A stretch of DNA of 64,000 nt from a bacterium. Its GTDB lineage: Bacteria; JADJOY01. This document shows positions 20,338 through 28,397 of this stretch, one piece after another. The position numbers were made by a program, and so were the translations under genes. The notes below the pieces were generated by a model, which saw nothing but the letters and a program-made list of their open reading frames with translations, did not search any database and was not told the DNA's origin. The stretch's first letter is position 1, and each line of letters begins with the position of its first letter. The DNA lies in NCBI GenBank assembly GCA_046331705.1, contig JAXLQJ010000030.1, positions 1 to 64,000 of the forward strand, given 5' to 3'.

Positions 20338-22113
20338 TCACGGCGGATAGAGCGTGGGCACGCGCTGGGCGCGGTAGCTGATGTAGGCCGAGGACGGGTT
20401 CTGGATGGTGACTTCGAAGACTTTCTCGAAGGTGGTGCGGTTGACCTCGGCCAGTCGGACGTAGTTCACGTTGCCGGTCTGCAAGAGGCCGCCGTCGCAC
20501 TGGAGGGCGGTGCCGCCGGGCTCGAGCTCGACGCCGCCGGAGAAGTAGGCATAAAGGGGCGGGACGTAGTCCGGGTCCACCCACTCCCACACTTGCTGCA
20601 CTTCGAGGTTCGGCTCGTCGATGGCGAACTCTGCCAAGCGGGTGTACTCGGTGGGCCGGTAGTCGCCGTTGTCGTAGAGCAGGATGTTTCCATTCGCCAA
20701 GAGCCGCGGCGAGTGCGAGTACGCCTGCAGCATGCCGGGGCCGGTGAGGGTCAGGAACGGCCAGGCGTCGTCGCCGGAAGAGCTGGCGTCGTCCGAGCCG
20801 AGGACCCAGACCATCGAGCTGTCGGAGCGGCGGATCTTGAAGACCATGTCCTGGCTGCGGCACGAGACGATGAGCGAGTCGTCGCCGGCCGAGTACTGAA
20901 GGCCGTTGCAGTGCGACCAGTCCTTGGTGGGAATGTTGCCGAAGAGGGTGTTGAAGAGCGGCGTGTTGAAGAGCTCCATCTGGGGGATTCGGTGGGGATC
21001 CAGGATGTCGAGCATCTTGATCTGGCTCACCAGCGCGCCCGCGGGGGTGAACTCGGTGATGATGTCGCCCACCACGTTGCACACGCCGCCGGCGCAGCCG
21101 GTCGGTCCCGCCGGATAGCCGCCGATCGAGCGCATCTCGATCGAGAACGTGAGGTAGTTCCCGCCCGGCAGGGTGATGACGTCGTGATGGAGGAGGTTCA
21201 CGCCGATGGACGCGGGCAGGTACGTGTTGAGGATGTTTCCCCACACGTCGATCTCGTAAATCATCGTCCCGCCGTACTCCATGATGAGGATGTGGCCGTT
21301 GGCGAGGCGCTGCACCTCGAGCATGTACTTGCCGTCGCGGTAGTACCAGACCACGCGGCCCTGGGCGTCCAGCGCGTAGAGCCCGTCGTTGTTGGGCGTG
21401 ATGTTCAAGAGGCCGTTGTTGAGCGAGAAGAGTGTCACGCCCGGCTCCATCTCGGCCGGCTGCGACACGTTCACCACCAGCGGGAAGACGTGCGGGATCT
21501 GGGGTGGCACGTAGCTGAGCCCGCCCTTCGAGACCGTCGTGCCGGAGGTGGCGAACGCGGTGAACGCGTAGTTGCCGCCGGTGAACATGCCGAGGACGCC
21601 CACCTTGTGGGTGGTGCCCGGGTTGGTGCTGAGGATGCCGCCCGAGGGCACCATGTAGGTCCCGTCGGGGCCGGCCACCTGCACTGACGGCGCCGCGGCG
21701 ATGGTGGTGTCGAACTGGATGTAGGCGCTGAGCTTGTTGTTGGCGTTCTGCACCACGCGGGCGTTGCAGATCTGCAGCGAGCCGTTGTTCACCAGGTTGT
21801 GGTTCACGGCCGCCGACACGTCGGTGTTGAGCGCCACTTGGACGCCGTAGGTCCCGGTGGGCTTGTTACAAGGCAGATCCGCCACGATCTGCGTGTTCGA
21901 CCAGCTCCGAACCAGCAGCTCCGCCCCGCCGTAGAGCACCTTCGACGTGGTGGCCTGGGTGTTGCCGAAGCCGTTGCCGGCGATGGTGATGGTCCCGCCG
22001 GGAGACCCTGGATTCGGCGTCACGGACGAAACCGTGTGGCAGCCCGCCAGCGCGGCGAGGGCGAATGCCAGAAGCAGCGGCAGTCGCGCGGGGTTCGTTC
22101 GGCTTCGATTCAT
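20338..22113 (-). CDS. Aryl-sulfate sulfotransferase (ASST family) lipoprotein with N-terminal IPT/TIG domain
   Basis: Lipobox LAGC; SVTPNPGSPGGTITIAGNGFG (IPT); HHD, DWSHCNGLQY, SCRSQD, SHSP, LYDNG motifs; AGAGGAG RBS. Confidence 0.85.
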   Translation of the reverse strand: MNRSRTNPARLPLLLAFALAALAGCHTVSSVTPNPGSPGGTITIAGNGFGNTQATTSKVLYGGAELLVRSWSNTQIVADLPCNKPTGTYGVQVALNTDVSAAVNHNLVNNGSLQICNARVVQNANNKLSAYIQFDTTIAAAPSVQVAGPDGTYMVPSGGILSTNPGTTHKVGVLGMFTGGNYAFTAFATSGTTVSKGGLSYVPPQIPHVFPLVVNVSQPAEMEPGVTLFSLNNGLLNITPNNDGLYALDAQGRVVWYYRDGKYMLEVQRLANGHILIMEYGGTMIYEIDVWGNILNTYLPASIGVNLLHHDVITLPGGNYLTFSIEMRSIGGYPAGPTGCAGGVCNVVGDIITEFTPAGALVSQIKMLDILDPHRIPQMELFNTPLFNTLFGNIPTKDWSHCNGLQYSAGDDSLIVSCRSQDMVFKIRRSDSSMVWVLGSDDASSSGDDAWPFLTLTGPGMLQAYSHSPRLLANGNILLYDNGDYRPTEYTRLAEFAIDEPNLEVQQVWEWVDPDYVPPLYAYFSGGVELEPGGTALQCDGGLLQTGNVNYVRLAEVNRTTFEKVFEVTIQNPSSAYISYRAQRVPTLYPP

Positions 22114-22389
22114 GGCGTCTCCTCTGTCGCGATCGTCACGGCTTCGTCGAGTGTACCAGTGCAGGCCCATCCGCACATGTCCTACGGATCGGAGGCGCCG
22201 CCGGTTCATCGGCCGCACCCGACCTCGCCGCCTCGGTGCAGCTTCCGCGCCATCCTGCCGAGCAGGCTCGCGCCGCGGAAGCGCGGCGAATTCACGGCCG
22301 GCGCGCCCCTGGCCCGTGGTCGTCGCGCAACTTGTGTTGCCGCGGCGCAACTTTCGTCGCGCTCGCGTCGCCCAAGGCGGCGCGGAGCA

Positions 22390-22417
22390 TTGCGTTGGCT
22401 CACTCGCTCGCTATGAT
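22390..22417 (+). promoter_or_regulatory. Putative sigma70 promoter of the ALDH operon
   Basis: TTGCGT-N16-TATGAT, about 50 bp upstream of the ATG. Confidence 0.45.
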
Positions 22418-22467
22418 TCGGGCCGTCTCGCGTCTCCCCTCATCACCACGAGAAACGGACACCGACG

Positions 22468-23943
22468 ATGCGTACCGAGCCGCTCCGGATGTTCGTCGAT
22501 GGCGCCTGGATCTCCTCCGGCGAGCGCGCCAGCTACTCGATACCCAATCCCGCCACCGAGGCTACGGTGGCCCAAGCCCCCGAGGGCACCCGCGGCGACG
22601 TCGGCCGCGCCATCGCCGCCGCGCGCCGGGCGTTCGATCACGGCCCCTGGCCGCGCACCAAGCCAGCCGAGCGCGCCGCGGTCCTGACCAAGATCGCGGA
22701 CGGCATCCAGGCCCGGAAGGAAGAGTTCCGCGAGCTTCTGGTGGCCGCCCACGCCGCCGAGGCGATGACCCACGTGCTGCAGCTCGAGACTCCGATCTAC
22801 GCGCTCTACAACCACGCGGAGCTGCTCACGAGCTTCCCGTGGGAGGAAGAAGTCCCAACGCTCGTGGTGCCCACCAAGCGCGGCATGATGGAGACCCACG
22901 CCGCGGTGGTGCGCCAGCCCGCTGGTGTGTGCGCGCTGATTCCCACCTGGAACTTCCCGCTCTTCACCACCATCAACAAGATCGCGCCGGCGCTCGCCGC
23001 CGGCTGCACGATGGTGGTGAAGCCCTCGCCGTGGGGACCGCTCGTCGATCTGCTGCTCGCCGAGGTCATCGCCGAGTGCGACCTGCCGCCGGGGGTCTTC
23101 AACGTGGTCAGCGGCCAGTCGCCCGAGCTGGGCGCCGATCTCGTGGAGAGCCCGGCGGTGGACAAGGTGAGCTTCACGGGCTCGGTGACGACGGGAAAGA
23201 AGATCATGCGCGCCGCCGCCGAGACCTTGAAGCGGGTACACCTCGAGCTGGGTGGCAAGTCGGCGCTGGTGATTCTGGACGACGCGGACGTCGAGTCCGC
23301 CGCACCGAGTGCCGCGTCGCCGGCGTTCTTCCATGCCGGCCAAGGGTGCGCGCTCATGACGCGCGTGCTGGTGCCCAAGAAGATGCACGACGCGCTGGTC
23401 GCGGCCACGGTGAGCTTCATCGAGAAGAAGGTGAAGCTCGGCGATCCCGCCGATCCTTCCGTCAACCTCGGCCCGGTGATCCGCGAGGAGCGCCGCCAGG
23501 CCATCGAGGGGCTCATCGCCAGCGGGCGCGCACAAGGCGCCACGTTGGCAACGGGCGGCGGCCGGCCCGCGAGCCAGGCGCGCGGCTACTTCGTGGAGCC
23601 CACGGTCTTCGCCAACGTGCGGAACCACATGACCATCGCCCGCGAGGAGATCTTCGGGCCGGTGGTCTCGATCCTGCCCTACGACGGCGACGACGAAGCG
23701 GTGCGCATCGCCAATGCCTCGGAGATGGGGCTCTACGGCGGCATCGTGACCAAGGACGTGGAGCGAGCGAAGTCGGTTGCGCGCCGCATCCGCACCGGCG
23801 GTGTGGGCATCAACAACGCCACCAATCTGCTGCACGCGCCGTTCGGCGGCTTCAAGCAATCGGGCATCGGCCGCGAAGGTGGTGTGTTCGGCGTCCACGA
23901 GTTCACCGAGCTTCAGACCATCGCCTGGAACGTCCTGAGCTGA
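22468..23943 (+). CDS. Aldehyde dehydrogenase
   Basis: PTWNFP, FTGS, LELGGKS, GQGC, EEIFGPV, PFGGFKQSGIGRE. Confidence 0.95.
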   Translation: MRTEPLRMFVDGAWISSGERASYSIPNPATEATVAQAPEGTRGDVGRAIAAARRAFDHGPWPRTKPAERAAVLTKIADGIQARKEEFRELLVAAHAAEAMTHVLQLETPIYALYNHAELLTSFPWEEEVPTLVVPTKRGMMETHAAVVRQPAGVCALIPTWNFPLFTTINKIAPALAAGCTMVVKPSPWGPLVDLLLAEVIAECDLPPGVFNVVSGQSPELGADLVESPAVDKVSFTGSVTTGKKIMRAAAETLKRVHLELGGKSALVILDDADVESAAPSAASPAFFHAGQGCALMTRVLVPKKMHDALVAATVSFIEKKVKLGDPADPSVNLGPVIREERRQAIEGLIASGRAQGATLATGGGRPASQARGYFVEPTVFANVRNHMTIAREEIFGPVVSILPYDGDDEAVRIANASEMGLYGGIVTKDVERAKSVARRIRTGGVGINNATNLLHAPFGGFKQSGIGREGGVFGVHEFTELQTIAWNVLS

Positions 23944-24010
23944 GCTGCGAACGGAGGGCCGCGCTTCCGCGCGGCCGGGGCTGCACCGTCACGTCGGAGG
24001 GGAGATCCGC

Positions 24011-24760
24011 ATGCGATTCGCGAACAAGGTGGCGGTGGTGACGGGCTCGGGGCGCGGGATCGGCGAGGCCTACGCGAAGGCGCTGGCGCGCGAAGGCGCG
24101 GCGGTGGTGGTGGCCGAGCTGGGGCGCGAGAACGGCGAGCGCGTGGCGCGGGAGATCGTCGCCGCCGGCGGCACCGCGCTCTACGTCCCCACCGACGTCT
24201 CGTCCGAGGAGTCCACGCTCGCCATGGCCGAGATCGCCAAGGTGGAGCTCGGCGGCGTCGACTATCTCGTGAACAACGCGGCGATCTACGGCGACATGGA
24301 GATCAAACCGCTCATGAAGGTGTCGATGGACTACTGGCACAAGTTCATGGCGGTGAATCTCGAGGGCGCGCTGCTCGCGACGCGCGCGGTCTACAAGCTC
24401 ATGGCCGAGCGCGGCGGCGGCGCGATCGTGAACCAATCGTCCGGTGCCGCGTACATGGGCGGCGGCTATTACGGCATCGCCAAGCTCGGCTTGCACGCGA
24501 TGACCCACAGCATGGCCCGCGAGCTGGCGCGCAAGAACATCCGGGTGAACGTGATCGCACCCGGACCGGTGGACACCGAGGCCACCAAGAAGCAGGTGCC
24601 CGAGGAATACGTCCAGTTCATGCTCATGACCATGCCCATCCAGCGCCTCGGCACGCCGGACGACATCGTGGGTGCCTGCCTGTTCCTGCTCTCGGACGAA
24701 GCGAAGTGGATCACGGGGCAAATCCTGTGCGTCGACGGCGGCCAGACGATGCGCCCCTGA
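24011..24760 (+). CDS. Short-chain dehydrogenase/reductase
   Basis: TGSGRGIG, NNAA, YGIAK, IRVNVIAPG. Confidence 0.93.
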   Translation: MRFANKVAVVTGSGRGIGEAYAKALAREGAAVVVAELGRENGERVAREIVAAGGTALYVPTDVSSEESTLAMAEIAKVELGGVDYLVNNAAIYGDMEIKPLMKVSMDYWHKFMAVNLEGALLATRAVYKLMAERGGGAIVNQSSGAAYMGGGYYGIAKLGLHAMTHSMARELARKNIRVNVIAPGPVDTEATKKQVPEEYVQFMLMTMPIQRLGTPDDIVGACLFLLSDEAKWITGQILCVDGGQTMRP

Positions 24761-24779
24761 CGCGTCTCGAGCGCGCGCC

Positions 24780-25583
24780 ATGACCTTCGAGACCATCCGA
24801 CTCGAGCAGCGCGGCGCCACGGCGCTGCTCACGCTCCATCGCCCCGAGCGGCTCAACGCGATCAACGGCGTGATGAGCCGCGAGCTCAAGGTGGCGTGGG
24901 ACGAGATCAAGCGCGATCCCGCGGTCGCGGTCGTGATCGTGACCGGTGCAGGCGAGAAGGCCCTCTCCACGGGTTTCGACGTGGCGGACGTCGCGTCCGG
25001 GACGGCGAACTTCGGCGTCGAGGGCGAGCAGGGAAAGCTCTCGTCGGTGAAGCTCACGGCGCTCCAGAATCGGTGCTGGAAGCCGGTGATCACCGCGGTG
25101 AACGGGATGTGCTGCGCGGGTGGGCTTCATTTCGTGGCCGACAGCGATCTGGTGATCGCCGCCGACCACGCCACGTTCTTCGATCCGCACGTGGGCGTGG
25201 GCCTCGTCGCCGGCCTCGAGCCGATCGGACTCGCGCGACGCATGGCGCTCGAGCCGGTGATGCGCATGGCGTTGCTCGGCGCGCGAGAGCGCATGAGCGC
25301 CGCGCGGGCGTTCGAGCTCGGCCTGGTGGGCGAGGTCGTGCCGCGGGCCGAGCTTCGGGAGCGCGCCTTCGCCCTCGCCGATCTCGTGGCCGAGAACTCG
25401 CCGGCGGCGATCGCCACCACCAAGCAGGCGCTCTGGGAGAGTCTGGACGTGGGGCTCGGCGAGGCGCTCGCGATCGGGCAGCGCGCGATCGCGTCGCACC
25501 GCGGTCATCCCGACGGACGCGAAGGCGCCCTCGCCTTCCGCGAGAAGCGCAAGCCCCGCTGGCAAGGCCTGATCCTCGAATGA
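24780..25583 (+). CDS. Enoyl-CoA hydratase/isomerase family
   Basis: LHRPERLNAI, KPVITAVNGMCCAGG, AFREKRKP. Confidence 0.9.
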   Translation: MTFETIRLEQRGATALLTLHRPERLNAINGVMSRELKVAWDEIKRDPAVAVVIVTGAGEKALSTGFDVADVASGTANFGVEGEQGKLSSVKLTALQNRCWKPVITAVNGMCCAGGLHFVADSDLVIAADHATFFDPHVGVGLVAGLEPIGLARRMALEPVMRMALLGARERMSAARAFELGLVGEVVPRAELRERAFALADLVAENSPAAIATTKQALWESLDVGLGEALAIGQRAIASHRGHPDGREGALAFREKRKPRWQGLILE

Positions 25584-25605
25584 ACGCCCGCACGCCGAGG
25601 CCGCG

Positions 25606-26454
25606 ATGACCTACACCACGCTTCGCATCGAGCGCGACGAGGGCTCACCCCACGTCGCGGTGCTCACGCTCGATCGTCCCGATCGCATGAATGCCTTCGA
25701 TTCCGTGATGCGCGCCGAGCTGCCGCGCGCCTGGGACGAGCTTCGCGACGACGCTTCCGTGTGGGCGGTGATCGTGACGGGGGCTGGCGACCGCGCGTTC
25801 TGCACCGGCATGGACTTGCGTGAGCCGCCTCCGCCAGCAGCTCCTGCTTCGGCCCCCCGGTCCAGCGCGCCGAGCCCAGCGCCGGTCCGTCTCACCGCAC
25901 TGGATTGCGACGTCGGCAAGCCGGTGATCGCGGCGGTGAACGGCGTGTGCGCAGGCGGCGGGCTGGTGTTCGTGGCGGACGCCGACATCGTGATCGCTAG
26001 CGAGAGCGCCGTCTTCACCGACGCGCGCACGTCCGCCGGTCAGGTCTCGATCGCCGGCACGCTGCGCTTGGCGCGAAAGATCCCCCTGGAAGCGGTGTTC
26101 CGGCTGGTAATGCTCGGCAAGGCGGAGCGCGTGAGCGCGGCGCGGGCGCGCGAGCTCGGCTTGGTGAGCGAGGTGGTCCCGGCGGCCGAGCTGCTGCCAC
26201 GAGCGAAGGCGCTCGCCGCCGCGATCTGCGAGAGCTCGCCGAGCGCGGTCTTCTGGAGCCGCCACGCGATCTGGGAGAGCCTCGACACGGGCCTCGGCGC
26301 CGCGCTCGAGATGGGCTGGGACGTGGTACACGGGTTTCCCCGCGCCTATCCCGACGCCAAGGAGGGCGCCCGCGCCTACGTCGAGAAGCGCAAGCCCGCG
26401 TGGGAATACCAGCCCCCGCCGCGCAAGGGCGAGCGGGCACCCAAGCCGAGATGA
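25606..26454 (+). CDS. Enoyl-CoA hydratase/isomerase family
   Basis: LDRPDRMNAF, AFCTGMDL, KPVIAAVNGVCAGGG. Confidence 0.9.
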   Translation: MTYTTLRIERDEGSPHVAVLTLDRPDRMNAFDSVMRAELPRAWDELRDDASVWAVIVTGAGDRAFCTGMDLREPPPPAAPASAPRSSAPSPAPVRLTALDCDVGKPVIAAVNGVCAGGGLVFVADADIVIASESAVFTDARTSAGQVSIAGTLRLARKIPLEAVFRLVMLGKAERVSAARARELGLVSEVVPAAELLPRAKALAAAICESSPSAVFWSRHAIWESLDTGLGAALEMGWDVVHGFPRAYPDAKEGARAYVEKRKPAWEYQPPPRKGERAPKPR

Positions 26455-27593
26455 AGCGCCGCGCGGCCATCGTCGGGATCGGCCAGACGGCCTTCGCCAA
26501 GGACATCGGCCGACCCGAGCGCACCATCGCGCTGGAAGCGATCGCGGCGGCCCTCGCCGACGCGGGCTTGACGCCGCGGGACGTCGACGGGCTGGTGCGT
26601 TTCGATCTGGAATCCACCACCGAGGTGGAGATCGCGCGGAACCTCGGCATCGAGAACCTGCGCTTCTTCGCGTCGATCGCGTACGGCGGCGGCGCCGGTT
26701 GCGCCACGGTGGCGCTCGCGGCCATGGCCATCGCCACCGGACAAGCGTCGGTGGTGGTGTGCTGGCGGGCGCGAAACCGCGGCAGCGGCGGGCGGCCGTG
26801 GGCGGGCACGGGCGCAGGCGTTCCCGGCGACAAGCAGTTCACGGCGCCGTACGGCTTGGTGCGGCCCGTCGATCAGATCGCGCTGCTGGCGCGCCGTCAC
26901 ATGCACGAGCACGGCACCACCAGCGCGCAGCTCGGCGCGGTGGCGGTCGCGTGTCGCAAGCACGCCGCACGCAATCCCGCGGCGCTGATGCGCACGCCGA
27001 TGACGCTCGCCGACCACCAGGCCTCGCGCTGGGTCGCCGAGCCACTGCGGAAGCTCGACTGCTGCCTCGAAACCGACGGCGCCCTCGCGGTGGTGGTGAC
27101 GTCGGTGGAGCGAGCGCGCGATCTCCGCCAGCGTCCCGCGGTGGTGCTCGCCGCGGCGCAAGCGAGCGGCGAGCGCCACTTCGTGATGACCGACTATTAC
27201 GGCCCGCGGTTCCTGGAGACGCCGTCGGTGTTCGCGGCGCGCGATCTCTTCGCGCGGGCGGGCGTTTCCGCGGCGGACATCGACGTGGCCCAGCTCTACG
27301 ATGCGTTCACGCCGCTGGTGCTCTGGAGCCTGGAAGAGTACGGCTTCTGCGACGCCGGCGAGAGCGGACCGATGGCGGCCAGCGGTGCCCTCGAATGGCC
27401 GGACGGCAGCCTACCCACGAACACCAGCGGCGGCGGTCTCTCGGAGGCCTACGTACACGGCTTCAATCTCATCCTCGAAGGAGTGCGCCAGATTCGCGGC
27501 ACCTCCACGAGCCAGGTCGAGGGCGCGGAGCTCAGCCTGGTCACGAGCGGCGCGGGCGTTCCCACCAGCGCCCTCATCCTGAGCCCCACATGA
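26451..27593 (+). CDS. Lipid-transfer protein, Ltp2-like thiolase-fold aldolase
   Basis: YGGGAGCATV, DCCLETDG, LYDAFTP, NTSGGGLSEAYVHGFN, EGVRQIRGTS. Confidence 0.85.
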   Translation: MKRRAAIVGIGQTAFAKDIGRPERTIALEAIAAALADAGLTPRDVDGLVRFDLESTTEVEIARNLGIENLRFFASIAYGGGAGCATVALAAMAIATGQASVVVCWRARNRGSGGRPWAGTGAGVPGDKQFTAPYGLVRPVDQIALLARRHMHEHGTTSAQLGAVAVACRKHAARNPAALMRTPMTLADHQASRWVAEPLRKLDCCLETDGALAVVVTSVERARDLRQRPAVVLAAAQASGERHFVMTDYYGPRFLETPSVFAARDLFARAGVSAADIDVAQLYDAFTPLVLWSLEEYGFCDAGESGPMAASGALEWPDGSLPTNTSGGGLSEAYVHGFNLILEGVRQIRGTSTSQVEGAELSLVTSGAGVPTSALILSPT

Positions 27594-27723
27594 GCCCATC
27601 CACTGCGATCACGCGCGCCAGTCGATGGCGGGGCGTCGGTCCCTCAGCGGCCCGTCGTCGCCCCCGCCGCGCGCGGGACCGCGCGGCCTCCAACCGCGCA
27701 GCTCGGCGCGGGTGCCACCGATC

Positions 27724-28155
27724 ATGAGCACCCCGCAGCGCCCGCTGCCTCAGCCGGACGACGCGAGCGCGCCCTATTGGGAGGCGGCGCGGCGCAACGA
27801 GCTTCGCGTGCAGCGCTGTGCCGCCTGCGGCGAGCTGCGCTTTCCGCCCCAGCCGATGTGCGACGGCTGCAACTCGTTCGAGGTCGAGTGGGTGGCGCTG
27901 TCGGGGCGCGGCACCCTCTTCAGCTTCACGATCGTCCATCCGCCGGTGCTGCCCGCATTTCAGCAGCGGGCACCGTTCGCGATCGTGCTCGTCGAGCTGG
28001 CGGAAGATGCGAGGCTCAGGATCGTGGGCAACCTGCTCGACTGCCCGCTCGAGCGGATCCGAATCGGCCTCCCCGTCACCGTGACGTTCGAGGACGTGAC
28101 CGAATCGGTCACGCTCCCCCAATGGCGCCCAGCCGAGACGAGCGAGCGCGGATGA
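27724..28155 (+). CDS. DUF35 Zn-ribbon/OB-fold protein (ChsH2 C-terminal-like)
   Basis: PYWEA..QRCAACG..FPPQPMCDGC, SGRGTLFSFTIVH, IGLPV. Confidence 0.9.
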   Translation: MSTPQRPLPQPDDASAPYWEAARRNELRVQRCAACGELRFPPQPMCDGCNSFEVEWVALSGRGTLFSFTIVHPPVLPAFQQRAPFAIVLVELAEDARLRIVGNLLDCPLERIRIGLPVTVTFEDVTESVTLPQWRPAETSERG

Positions 28156-28397
28156 GCCCATCGGCGCTCCACGCGAGCCGCGCTCGAACATCTCCATCTG
28201 GCCACCGTGGACTCGGCATTCGACCGCTACTCGATCCGTCTGATTCGTGATTGAGCGCCGCACGACTCGCTTTGGGCGCCGGCTTCGCCGGTCCCTGAAG
28301 ATCGTGCGGGGCGGCAGCCCGGTGGAGCGAATGAGATCGCGTCACCGCCCCGCGCCGTTCGGTCTCCGACGAGTCGCTCGCAGCGGCCGACGAGGAT

